A stretch of DNA of 64,000 nt from Phoronis australis (lineage: Eukaryota; Animalia; Phoronida). The first letter of the stretch is position 1, and each line of letters opens with the position of its first letter. The translations under genes and the position numbers were made by a program. The notes beneath the pieces were generated by a model, which did no database searches, was not told the origin of the DNA, and worked only from the letters and a program-made list of their open reading frames with translations. The stretch covers positions 99,335-163,334 of the forward strand of contig NMRA01000162.1 in assembly GCA_002633005.1 (NCBI GenBank), in the 5' to 3' direction. Shown here piece after piece: positions 51,403 through 64,000 of this stretch.

Positions 51403-54400
51403 ATGGACAATTCCGTGGTTCTTGTTGTCGAAAAACCATTTGCTCAAATAACCAGGTACGATCTAACGGCATTAATCACCAAGTAATCGTTTTTTTATTC
51501 ACTGTTCATTAACAGGTCTGCCGTCACTTACGACTGGCGTTGTCCCATCTGACTGGAGAAATGCGAACCAACTTACTTAGCCAGCCAGCTAGCTGTATGA
51601 AGACTGTCGTCAAAATACAGCTAGGCACCACTGTGTGTATTTCTTCCATAGACGCCGAAATTGCACACATCCAGGGTAGTTCTGCTCGTCACCTTACCGT
51701 GAAACTTGTATCAACATGTTAAGCTAAAGACCGGACAGGGTGCATGCAAAATCTGGGAATCAACCGAAACTCACCTTGCCCGTTACAGTCGTTTAAGTGA
51801 TAAACAATGCAATAAATGAAAAGTATGTTGTCGTTTTGAAAACAGTACGCTTGTGTCACGCGCACGTGCCTTTTCCTAAATGTTTTCGACTTCTCTCGGG
51901 AGATGATGATAGCTTAAGGCAGCCGGCAGCAAAATATCTTCTGAAATTCGGTTTTTCGGTATCAAAATTCTAAAAACTTATAATGAAGTGAAACCAGTTC
52001 CGATAATTTGCTGTGACGTGTACGCAAGGTCATGAAAGAACAAGAGTTGATTAAAGAATTGGCGAAAAAAGAAACTGGCCAGTGACGCAATATTTCATGA
52101 CACCGAAAGCCGTCGCTAAAGATCGCTCGCTAAAGATCGCTCTACATCTTTAGCAGCAGAATAACGGTAGAATGCCTTTTTTTCCAACACCGTTAAATAA
52201 TTTAGTTTACTCTAGGAAGACTGTAGTTTTTAATGACACTAATTTCATTTGTGTCAGATTTTATCTTACCACTTTTTTACCCACATCGGTGCAGAGACCT
52301 CCAATTGTTGCCCAGTAAACATATGTTTAAGGTTCTTGGGTGTAAGCAGACTGCCATCTTGTTTACTGGTTTGCCCGTGTGCAAAATCTTTTTTAATGCA
52401 GTTGGAAACAAGTTGAAGTAGTAGAGCAAATAGGCATTCGGGAAATTTTCACTTTTGAAAATTCATTGGATTGAAGTAAAAATGTACATTACATAGTTTT
52501 GAAAATAACTGCTTGTCAGGAAATAAAGTATTTGGAGAGGTGTTTGTGGGGACATTGGTGGTGGGGGACGGTGTGTGCACACTTTCATGAGCCAAATGAG
52601 TTGTCTTTTATCACATGTTAAGCTTCCTAATTAATTTTCTTTTAGGAAAATGCCCTGTGTTAGCTTTAGCAGAAATACTATTTGAAAGAAAAAAATAAGG
52701 GAAAAAGGAGTAGAAAATCTGATGGTCTTGACTCATTGACAAATTTATTTTGAGAAAGCGTCATTTTCTAGGAAATATCTAGAAGAGCACAAGATCTGGG
52801 ATGCAAGCAGGAAACTTGTTAAGATCAACTCCGACCAGGTGGCTATTCCAGTTTTGTGTGTACCAAGTAAGAAGCTTGAAAGTAAGTAATATTGGCAGAG
52901 CCCAAATCTGCACTCTTTTGGTAATTTTTTATGTCAAAAACAGAATTTAACCACTTGTACTGTTATTGACCTCAAGTTCTGCTTTACATAAGAGGACTTT
53001 CTGGCTTTGGAACAATTGACGAATGTATTGGCTGCACTCACCGGGCTTAGGAATCTGATTGGTTCTCTTTGACCCATGTCTTGGCCTGTAGACCTGGCTA
53101 AACCGACAGAATTAATCAAGTGTAACCGTTGTTGCCAAAGAGCTCAATAACTTGACAACAATATATTCTTCAACTCTGTGCATGACCACTAGATGGAGTC
53201 ACTAGCTAGCTTTAAATTCATTGTTATCACCGCTTGTTTTTATTTGTTTTTATAATACTGAACATTTTGTAGATAGTTACCTCAGTCTACATATAACGTT
53301 TTTGCCTTTTATTATTTACCTTGTACAATGTACAGTCTCAAATTCAAATAAACAGCTCAACTACCTAGGATTAAGATTTAGTTTACCCTGCTAATTTTTC
53401 TTCATTCAATGTTGATTTTTGCCATTAAAGATCAAGTAGAGTTGGATAATTTAAAAACATTAGTGAAACTTAAGTAGTGGCAGGGATGTAGGTGGTTTTG
53501 GTAAACAGTTTGCATTTTGTACATTAATGAAAGATTTTTAGTGTACTTTTAAACAAAAAATTTCATCCTCAAGAGTGCAGCTTTACTTTGTTTTCTTTTC
53601 AGTTCCCAGCCTTCCAGAATACACCATTCAGAAGTTTAAGTGTCCATTGTCAAAGAAGGCCTCTAGAATCTCTCCCTACCAATCCATGGTCAAAAATATT
53701 GAAGCACTAATTGCGGACTCTGCTATCTTTTCTTTGATCAGTCATGAAATTCCACAGTGTTGGGAGTTCCACGGTGACTTGCTGCTCTTACCGCAACACT
53801 CGTTTGTCAGCGATACTTGGTCTCATTTTGGTAATATTATTTTTAGCTCTTTGGTAACAAAATATTTTATGAATCTGCTCGCTGTTTCTTAATAGGGTCT
53901 TGATGATAACAAAGTAATGATCAAAATTATTTCAAGACTAGTTTTGAAATTAGAATAATAAATTGAGACACCTCAGTTATTACCTGTTTATTCTGTAACA
54001 TTGTTAATTAACAATGTTTAAGTTTTCTTTATTTTAAATTTGACTTCCTGAAATGTTTGTACAATTGACTGCAATCTGTAAAAACACTGTTTCAAATCAT
54101 TTTTAGGTTGATTTTTGTGAGTCAGTTACAGGTTTATAAAACGCGAATGTCAAAGTAACCTTGGTGTGACTCATATTCACTACCTTTTATCTTTCTTTAT
54201 TGAATGTTGAAGGATTATTTGAATGGTTGTTTTGACGCCCTTAGTTCAAATACATTGAGCTCTCTGCTACTGGCTACTGTCCTTTTCCTGAGTTTAATTT
54301 GTGTTACTATGACGACGGAAGTTTAACAAATCATAAAATGTTGTTAGTTAATTATTGTTTGTATACTTTAATTTCAGGTGATGCATTATGGGAATGTGTC

Positions 54401-57400
54401 TGCTCGTCACTGAAGTGTGCCCGAGTTGCTAGGAAGGCAACTATCAGTAATAATGATTTCCGCAGTCCCCAGGTTGAGCTACTGTTTGGTAATGACAGTT
54501 GGGTGGAACACATTGATAACGCAATAAAGTATGTCTACACTATTCAGGCATTGTATGAAACACGGTACCCATTTTTCTTTCCTACTTTTGGCAATTTTTA
54601 TCACATATTTGCACGAAATTTGTGAATCGTTTGATACTTCTACTGCCTGGCAATTTTTATTGGTCTTTTTTACTTTTGCTACAGTTTTGAAATTTCAGAC
54701 ATCAGGATTTTCTGCCGTAGGTGAACATGTGAAGATTTGCAAACTTAGTTTATGTCCTGTCTTCGAAAGATTCCTGAATTTTTAAAATCCCTGATCAAAG
54801 TCTTCATTGCTGATATCCAATTTATCAAGTTAAGATTCCTTGACAGGAAATCCCAGACACAATTTTATAGTTAAGATGATAATTGTACTTCATTGACTTG
54901 CGGATGTATTTAGCCAATTATCTCAAAGCTGTAGATTTTAATGCAGCAAAAGTATATATTTTCTGAAAGTATAAAACCTTTAGAATTTGCTTTTTGACTT
55001 TATACCAATCTTGCTATTTATTGGATCATGTGACTGTTATTTTAGTAGAATTTAGCATACAAGAAACTCCATAGCAAAACAACGGTATCAGTAAGGTGTC
55101 CAAATTCTGTTTTGATACAAGGTGAAATCTCAAATATACTGTTACAGTTTTCTAAATTATTATTCTGTTTTCGTTTTATGCAACTTATGAGTTTTTTATG
55201 AAAATCACGAGTCTTTTTGACATCCTCTCCTGCAGGGAAACTTTAAGAACAATTCCTAACAGAGTTTTAGAAAACTGCATCAAAATAAGGTGTCTGAGAG
55301 TTTCATATGAATCTGATTAGCCATTTCTGAGATGTGATGTTTCAAAGTTTGCAAAATTTGGACATTTTATGAGTCCTACACATTCTTAACGTGAAGGGAT
55401 CAAAATTCTCCTAGGATGATCTTCATGTCTGCGGAAATTTCTACCATCATAATACATGTAATTACAAAAATTATCACATCACTGCAAACCTCTTGGCAAT
55501 GTTTTTGTGAAAATGTTCGGTCTCTGTGATTTTAGTTAAGTTATGGGTTGAACTTGTGTCCATTCAGCTGATTGAGAACATGTGCGGCTTAGCAGCCAAT
55601 AGTTGTTATAATGCCATTGACAAAGACTATGATTTTGCTTTATAATTATGGTGAACCTTCACTACGTTATTCTGAAGAACACTGTTTGGACTCAGGTTTT
55701 TCCTTATACCGAACAAATATCAACGACTTGGTAATGTTACACTTGAAAAAAACCAGAGTGTTATTGTGTGTGGGTAATTTAATTGACGTAGTATAAAAAT
55801 TACCAACATTGGTTAACAGTTATTAATGTTCAGGTATAGTAAGCAATATGTTAGGGCTGTTCCAGCAAAATCTGTATGGGAGGGGGGGGGAAGGCACTTT
55901 TATTTCGTACCCACCGCCCATATTTTTCATTTATTTCTCCAACCCATGACCCATAATTTTTTAATTATTTTTAATGGGTTAAAATATAAAATCCAACACT
56001 TGCAAACAAACTGCCTCCAGGAGGACCTGTTAAGAACTTAGATGATTGACAGACAAGAACTAGTTGTCTTGTCCAATATTGTCAAAAACTAAAGTAGCCT
56101 GTGAGCAATACTTTTGGCAGCCACCAGGTGTCTCTGTTCACCATGTGTCTATAATTTCAATGAACATTTTTTCAATTATAAGGATCTATGAATCTCAAAC
56201 TGTCTCCACGANTTGATACTTCTACTGCCTGGCAATTTTTATTGGTCTTTTTTACTTTTGCTACAGTTTTGAAATTTCAAACATCAGGATTTTCTGCCGT
56301 AGGTGAACATGTGAAGATTTGCAAACTTAGTTTATGTCCTGTCTTCGAAAGATTCCTGAATTTTTAAAATGCCTGATCAAAGTCTTCATTGCTGATATCC
56401 AATTTATCAAGTTAAGATTCCTTGACAGGAAATCCCAGACACAATTTTATAGTTAAGATGATAATTGTACTTCATTGACTTGCGGATGTATTTAGCCAAT
56501 TATCTCAAAGCTATAGATTTTAATGCAGCAAAAGTATATATTTTCTGAAAGTATAAAACCTTTAGAATTTGCTTTTTGACTTTATACCAATCTTGCTATT
56601 TATTGAATCACGTGACTGTGTTATTTTAGTAGAATTTAGCAAACAAGAAACTCCATAGCAAAACAACGGTATCAGTAAGGTGTCCAAATTCTGTTTTGAT
56701 ACAAGGTGAAATCTCAAATGTACTGTTACAGTTTTCTAAATTATTATTCTGTTTTCCTTTTATGCAACTTATGAGTTTTTTATGAAAATCACGAGTCTTT
56801 TTGACATCCTCTCCTGCAGGAAAACTTTAAGAACAATTCCTAACAGAGTTTTAGAAAACTGCATCAAAATAATGTGTCCGAGAGTTTCATATGAATCTGA
56901 TCAGCCGTTTCTGAGATATGATGTTTCAAAGTTTGCCAAATTTGGACATTTTATGAGTCCTACACATTCTTAACGTGAAGGGATCAAAATTCTCCTAGGA
57001 TGATCTTCATGTCTGCGGAAATTTCTACCATCATAATACATGTAATTACAAAAATTGTCACATCACTGCAAACCTCTTGGCAATGTTTTTGTGAAACTGT
57101 TCGGTCTCTGTGATTTTAGTTAAGTTATGGGTTGAACTTGTGTCCATTCAGCTGACTGAGAACAAGTGCGGCTTAGCAGCCAATAGTTGTTATAATGCCA
57201 TTGACAAAGACTATGATTTTGCTTTATAATTATGGTGAACCTTCGCTACGTTATTCTGAAGAACACTGTTTGGACAAATATCAACGACTTGGTAATGTTA
57301 CACTTGAAAAAAACCAGAGTGTTATTGTGTGTGGGTAATTTAATTGACGTAGTATAAAAATTACCAACGTTGGTTAACAGTTATTAATGTTCAGGTATAG

Positions 57401-60400
57401 TAAGCAATATGTTACAAAGCCTGAGATGGGCACTGTCCATTTCTGAACTTTCCAAACTCAAAGGTTTTGGGAAAAATCGAGCTTGACTGTAGACTTTGGT
57501 CATAATCGATTATTTTTCCATTATAGTTGAGTTTCAGCCCATCGTTATAATAAACTTATCTTTTCAGTAGACTGAAGCAGAAAGTAGACATCTGCACTGT
57601 TTATTTTGTTGTTATTTTATTTGGACAATAGGTATGGCTACGACATCAAGCACAGTATGTTTAGCGCAGGCAACATTACAGAAAAGTTACGTGTGGCTGC
57701 AATGAACTGCCAGGGAGAGACAGTGGTGGATTTATATGCAGGTAAATATTGTATCTTGATCTATTCTTCGTTAAACAATTGTCTTAATGTGTTGCTCACC
57801 TTAAGTTTGTGCTCATAGTAAAATACTTTCAACATGTTTGCATGTTGCTAATACCCGGATATATTCTTATACCTGTTTACGTTCCTAATGTCGAATAAAA
57901 TAGACTATTAATAACAGAAAAAGAGCAACATTTGTAAAAGATCTCCATGATAGCAAGTAGCAGCATATATTAAAGAAAACAACAATGGTTTTAAGTCGAC
58001 TTGACATGTTTCTGTGTCATTTATTCAAACACCATCATCAGAAGAGGAAGTGAGAATACGTAGTGGCCACCTAGCTAGGCCCAGCTAAAAGTGATGAAAC
58101 ACAGTCTATTTAAGACCGTAGTTGTTTTTAATATTAACAATATTTGTGGTTTCTAGTTTGAAATTATCAATGATTTGACGCAGCAGGGTGCACAAAATTG
58201 TGACCTACTTTACCGAATATAGGTGAAGATTCAATCAAATAATCCCCATTGATTAATTTACCAAGAAAATGTGTTTACCAAATGAATTCTAAGTTTAACA
58301 TTATAAGTAACCTTACTAAAACATACCTTACTCTAAAACTGTCACCCACAAATTGAGAAAATAGTCACAACTTCACGGAAAGTATGAAGTCAGTTGTAAC
58401 ACTGGGGCGGGGAACTCAGCAAGCCTCTCTTAAGACACTCGCATTTGCCCATTAATTGAATGGTTAGGATGTTTGCCGGTTTTGTCAAGGGTCGCTGGTT
58501 CGATTACCGGTTCGGATGATGTCTGCAATTACTACCCAAAGAATTCGCATGGCATTTTTGACTGACTTGTCTCACAATCTCGTATCACTAACAAATTTGT
58601 ACCATTTTGTGATGAGGGTCTTCTCCCGTTGAAAGACAAAGCATGATTGAAAGCTGTATTGTCTCGTGTACCACAGCACCTCATCATAACGAAAATTTCT
58701 TAAAATAACGGAAAATTGTGGAGCTCAGACAACAGACTATATTTACCCAATGGAAAAACAAAGCGTGTCCATTGTCGTTCACGCTGGTAAATGACACGTG
58801 ATATCTAATAACAAGGCAGGTTAATTAGATTACTGCAGCAGCATCTTCCAGAATTTTAGTATGGTCTAAATTATCAGTCCCAAGTCTCTTTGCATACTCT
58901 ACTGTAATATCATCAGAACGTCACAATAACCATTTACCAGAAATCACTGAAAGGAATCCCCATAGGCTACAAAAAAGTCCCCTTTGGTCTCTCTGGTTTT
59001 CCAAAGGTTCACCTGGGCAAACTAATGGAGAGACATGCAGCGGTGGAAGATAACTTATAAACAATATTTCCTCAGACATTTCCTATCAAAGGTTGTACTA
59101 CCAGTTTAGTATTAAGACATTCTAATTCACTTCTTAGCTGCTCATTTTGCAGTTCTATATCTAATAGTGCTTGTAAATAAGAAGCCACGAATCATGGCAA
59201 TGAATGCATTTGTGTGCCTTGCAATCCCATTCATGAATGAGCTGTATTTGCGTTAACTATTTGAACTGTAATCACCTGACTGTTTTCTGTTGACAGGTAT
59301 CGGTTACTTCACCCTGCCTTATTTAGTTCATGCACGAGCATCGCATGTGCACGCGTGCGAGTGGAACCCTGAAGCAGTGAAAGCTCTCAGATGGAACCTC
59401 AGTGCCAATGGAGTATCTGACCGATGCACCATACACTGTGGTGATAACAAACAGGTGCCCCTACGGTTTTGTATTCTGTTCATGATAGTCTGTACTGACG
59501 TCAGTGTGCTGGTAATGAGATCCTTCTCCCGTGACGTTTCAGTTCCTCAGTGCTGCGGATGAAGCATTAAAGGGACGCCATCGGTTATATGGCAAAAAAT
59601 ACATTTTGGGAGATAATTGTTGGATGGGATATTTAATTGTTTGAAGTAATCAACTTTGTCCAGAGTTATAAAACAACAAAATCCGTTTTGTCTTAATTTG
59701 TGATTTTATTATAAATCACCAATTCTTGGTATTGCCTGCCTTACATTTGGTGAAATCAATTCAGCTGACAATACCAATTAAATATGCTTAATGTAGTACT
59801 TTGCCGGTATTGAGTGGGATTTACCTTGGCTAGTAGAACAATAAACTGCACTCATGGCTGAGACTGATCTGTTTAACTGTTGGGAATTCAGGGCAATTTG
59901 TTGCATCAATTTCAAACAAAAGATAAGAATGCAATGACAGTTCAAAGTGCCAATACGACTGTGACAAAGTTGATATATTTAACAACACGACATGGTTTAT
60001 AGAGCGTTTGAATTTATTTTCAGCTCTGTTTCATGTTGGGTAATATGACTCTTGCCTCAGGACATCCCACTTCATAGAATGATGAGTGTCGAATGTTTTG
60101 TTTTGTTTTATTTATGCTGAGGTTGCAAAAAATTGTTTTGGATAATCAAGCTCTTATTTTCTATGATTTTACGGTGGTTAGAATGAAAATCGTACGGATT
60201 TGTTTTTGGCTTAATTAACATGAAATCTCTTTTATTATTCTTATTTTATCTTGAAGTTGGTTATCTTGACCCACTGATACAGTCATATTTCCACATAATG
60301 CAGTTTGCTGTTTTATGCTCGGCCCCTATTTAGTTGAAGGCCTCACAATTTTTAGTTCTCTAGAATCTTGGACGTGTGATTTTGTTTGTCAAATTTGAGC

Positions 60401-61366
60401 TATGTATATAAATGAGCATTTTTTAGCAGTTGATAGCTGTAAGTTGGCGTAAGTGAAAACATAAGCTGTTACCCTCCACTGTCTTATGTTTGGCTGTTAC
60501 ACCTAGATATCTGATAATCAAACACATTAACTTTGAATCATGTTATAGAACCACTGGATAATTTGCTAAAACCATTGAATCATATCGATAAACCTCATAA
60601 AAGAATCGCTATGCGAACTACTTTCGTCTCATTCGTAAAAATGATGGTTGTATGTCTAACTTTTGTTTGTGGATTTTGCAGTTTGAATGGAAGGTATTTT
60701 TTTGTTTGTACAACTGTTTTTGTGGTTCCAATGTTTGATTCAGTGGTTCAAGCAGATGATTTAGTTTTCCTGACGATTGTACGAATTTTGTGCATATGAT
60801 TGTCTGATGACCTTGCCATTTGGCGATTCCAGGTGTGTCCTTCGTTCGTTGCCGACCGCGTCAACCTGGGTTTGATTCCCAGCTCTGAAGATGGGTGGCC
60901 TGTGGCTTGTCGGGCCCTCAAGCCAACAGGGGGCAGTCTACACATTCATCAAAATGTCTCAACAAAGGAGCAACTAACTGACATGGACTCTGAATGTAAC
61001 CACAAACGTGCAGACAAAGGAGTTGTGTGTGCCCACAAGGAGTCTGAGAGGTCATGCTGTGAGGTAGTTGCCAAGTGCTCTGAATGTGGCAAAATGAACG
61101 CAAATGAAGTGAACTCGGAACAGAAATGTAAAGAATTTTTTTGTGGAAAAACTGAGGACTGTGCGAGTTCTAGAAGAGTTCGGACCTTGTGGTGTAATTG
61201 GGCCAACCAAGTGAAATTAAAGATTCGTAAATTATTGTCAGACATTCACAAGACTGAATGGACTGTGAATGTTGTGCATATTGAACATGTGAAGTCATAT
61301 GCGCCACACGTCGACCATGTTGTTTTGGACTTGAACTGTCAACCTTTGTGCATTGAAGTAATATAA
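51403..61366 (+). CDS. TRMT12: tRNA wybutosine-synthesizing protein 2 (TYW2/TRMT12), 447 aa
   Basis: Exons 51403-51455, 52772-52881, 53603-53830, 54378-54528, 57632-57741, 59297-59454, 60833-61366 total 1344 nt, all GT-AG and in phase. Motifs: WEFHGDLLLLP, MFSAGNITEKLRVA, VVDLYAGIGYFTLP (SAM binding), HACEWNP, ADRVNLGLIPSSE, HVKSYAPHVDHVVLDL. Confidence 0.95.
54631..57414 (+). repeat. ~1.2-kb near-identical direct duplication in TRMT12 intron 4 (54631-55853 and 56213-57414)
   Basis: Both copies start TTGATACTTCTACTGCCTGG and end AAGCAATATGTTA. They differ by scattered SNPs and small indels. Copy 2 begins immediately after an N at 56212. Confidence 0.93.
57968..58133 (-). mobile_element. Penelope-like element remnant carrying a minimal type-I hammerhead ribozyme motif
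   Basis: The minus strand reads CTT-CTGATGA-TGGTGTTTGAATAAATGACACA-GAAA-CATGTC-AAG, enclosed by imperfect inverted ends (57968-58001 vs 58103-58133). Confidence 0.5.
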
Positions 61367-63470
61367 TAAATCAAATATCACATGGAAGTGGTGGAGTTTA
61401 TTCTTCCGTTAAGTAACAGCCTAACGGCAACAATGTGTTGATGCGTTACAAAGTTACTTGAATTGTCAAGAGTCTCAAGATTTCTCCATTCGTGTCACAG
61501 AGGATATAATTGTTGAACATTTTGCAGGGTCTTACTCCAGCACAATACATCGCAGCACGCGTAGGTATCTGGGTAAACATGTATTGTCAGTTGCTGGTTT
61601 TATTTTCTGGTGAACAATGTATGAACACCACAGGTCAAGTGTTTGGCAAGATCATGCCATTTCATACTCGCCTTTGCATGCTAGAATAGGGATGAAACAT
61701 ATCGCTTACCTTTATTAGCGAGTGGCTATGGTTAAATTCTCATCCCATAACTAACCATCTTATGTTACATGACCAAGATATATCTGCTCTCTGAGTGAAA
61801 CTCTAGTTCTACTAAGCATTTGTTAGTTCTACTTGACAGCATGTTTTTGTTCACTAGATTTAATTTATATTTTGTCCATTTCCATCTGTAAAATGTCATC
61901 TATAAAATGTTATATGATCTAGAAATCCTTTTCAGTTAATTCTATGCAGTTTTTTCTGACTTGTGTAGTCTATAGCTATCTTGAGCTAAAACACCGATAT
62001 AATCCTGGTGGTTCAATTGTATGTAATGTCTCACACCTTTCCAAACAGTGATAGTGAAAATTTCTATAACCAGATAAACCATTCTGAACATTCACATTGA
62101 GTAAAATATCTAAGTGTTTTGTCCTCAGTTTTGACAGCTGGCTGCTTACCCTTTTAAGGAAACAGTTTGACTAGAATGAACACAAAACTCAAAATTGGAG
62201 AAGTTATTTTATTTCACTGCTCACGTACACTATTTTGTGACTTTTCTTCCAGTAGGTCAATAACAATGACAAAATTAAGAGCACTGAAAAAAGTAGCTCA
62301 GAGAGCATGAACAATATTATGCAATTTAGTACAAAATTTCAGAATTAACAATTAACAAATGTACACAGTTCAACAATTCAATACTACCTTCAGTGGTTTA
62401 AAAAACTTATCACTCATGGTTAAACACCACATTGTGGGAATGTCACAATCTCGCATGAGGTATCAAAAATTCAGCTATCATCAGTGTTCTCCACAACTGA
62501 ATACCCAATCATGCAGGAAGCACCCAAACTCTTAACAAGTGTGTCGGAAGCATGCATTCACTTTAATGCACATTTCAAGTGTACAGGCAGTTCAGTTGCA
62601 CTGTTGCAGACTGAGTGTACAATTTTCTGCCTTGCTTCAATTTGGCCTTTATTCAGTTCCAAAGGGCTGTGGCAAGTTGTTGGTAAAATCCAATTTAAGA
62701 CAGTGAGACACTTAAGGATGACAATACTGTTTTTCCAAACAGGTCACAAATAAATTGCAAAAACTGTCATGGTCGCCACAACATGTTAAAATGGGCCATG
62801 GAAAACACTGATCATAATGTCGTAACTTTCATAACAGTAACAGAGCATTGAAAGCACATGAAATACTCAACTGGCCAAAGAGGACAGGTTGTCAGATGTG
62901 GTGCACCACATGTGTGCAAGAGTCATGTAAAGGGGGTGTATTGCACAAAATGCCCAAGCGATAAACACTCCCACTGGACATACTGGGGTACCCATATGGT
63001 CCGTGATGTGCCTGTGTCAACCTAGGTTGCCATTCCCTATTAAAATAAAACTCATGCATCTAATACACAATCTATCAAGACAGGTTTTGAACCTTTTGGT
63101 TTGATCATGTAGGGAGAGTACTTGTTTTGTCTACAAGAGTTATCAGATACCCATTAGGTTGCTGACTGGGCATTCCTCCATTTGGTTAAATTCATCCAGC
63201 AGCTCCAGTAAGCTATCAGAATAGCAACTTCAGCTACAGTGCAAGCCAAAGGTATTCAGACAAAATGACCCAGAATTCCCTGTCATGATGGCAGGGTGGA
63301 AGATTAATTCATCATTAGAGTAGTCTTCCTTCTTGACCAAGAATGAAGGGAAATCAACATGCTAGACTGTAAGGTGGCTATTAGCCTTTCTGTAGTGAGA
63401 CTTCTGCCAACCTGATGGTTATTACAAGTCGTTTACAGAATTAGCTGTCATGATGGGATGTTGTGTCTGA

Positions 63471-63536
63471 TTACCCCGTCTTGTACTGCACATGATGCAC
63501 AACGCTCGTGTCTAGTTTTTGCTCTAAAATTATCAC
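63471..63536 (-). CDS. Candidate terminal coding exon of a minus-strand gene lying beyond the right edge
   Basis: Acceptor TGTTTCAG| at 63537. The phase-0 frame reads VIILEQKLDTSVVHHVQYKTG*, and the phase-1 frame is also open for a short stretch. It is followed by UTR-like sequence with a minus-strand AATAAA near 62208-62213. I recognise no homology. Confidence 0.3.
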   Translation of the reverse strand: MIILEQKLDTSVVHHVQYKTG

Positions 63537-64000
63537 CTGAAACATCACCAACTTCGCTATCTTACGGTTATGCATATGTCAGCAATTTACAATCGCATAT
63601 TAATGAGCAGACAGAAGAAACCAGTTCACCAGTCAGAGGGTCAAGGCGTAAATATACGGTATCACTTTGACTACATGACAGGCTTCTTAAAGCTTGGTCA
63701 AATGTTTACACACTTTCAAAATCGAACATACTTAAATTTTTGGAAGGGATTACTCTAAAGCAAAATTCCTGATCTCCTTTTCCAAGAAAGCAAGGAGCCA
63801 ACAAATTTGCTTAATAATTTCCCTTCAAATTTGTCCAATTTCCTAATGTAAAACAAATGCAGATTAGAAAAAATGCTGCAAGGTCTTATTAAGAAACCCT
63901 GTTTTGAAGTACTTAACAAAAGAAAGACGTCGCGTTTAGAGTTCCACATTGGATTCCTTGGCCTTCTGTCTCTCATATATGTGGGCATCTATTTTATCAA

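Noticed and set aside
63140-63360. Minus-strand frame with an internal TGA (…LHCS*SCYSD…), considered as a possible selenoprotein
   Set aside because: An upstream in-frame TAG, no usable acceptor in phase, no recognisable selenoprotein fold or SECIS; more likely 3' UTR.

Overview
This is AT-rich, intron-containing genomic DNA from an animal, probably a marine invertebrate; the taxon cannot be fixed from the sequence. I assembled six protein-coding genes by hand, with GT-AG boundaries and consistent reading phase. (1) The 5' six coding exons of a tectonic-family ciliary transition-zone gene (- strand, running off the left edge). (2) Mitochondrial sulfite oxidase SUOX (+, 2 exons). (3) An uncharacterised 279-aa two-exon gene (+). 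(4) ARF6 (-, 4 coding exons), whose first coding intron is a clear U12 minor-spliceosome intron. (5) A 66-aa heterotrimeric G-protein gamma subunit (-) that the ORF track misses. (6) TRMT12/TYW2 (+, 7 exons). The G-gamma and TRMT12 start codons are only 176 bp apart, head to head, and their 5' regions probably interleave. Non-coding content includes a ~650-bp fold-back element with extra copies, several MITEs, tRNA-derived SINE heads, a Gypsy RT/RNase H remnant, two minisatellites, and a Penelope-like inverted element with a minimal hammerhead-ribozyme motif. A 1.2-kb duplication next to an N probably represents two haplotypes that differ by a transposon insertion. I found no prokaryotic-type system (CRISPR, operon). 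Most short ORFs in the track are spurious.
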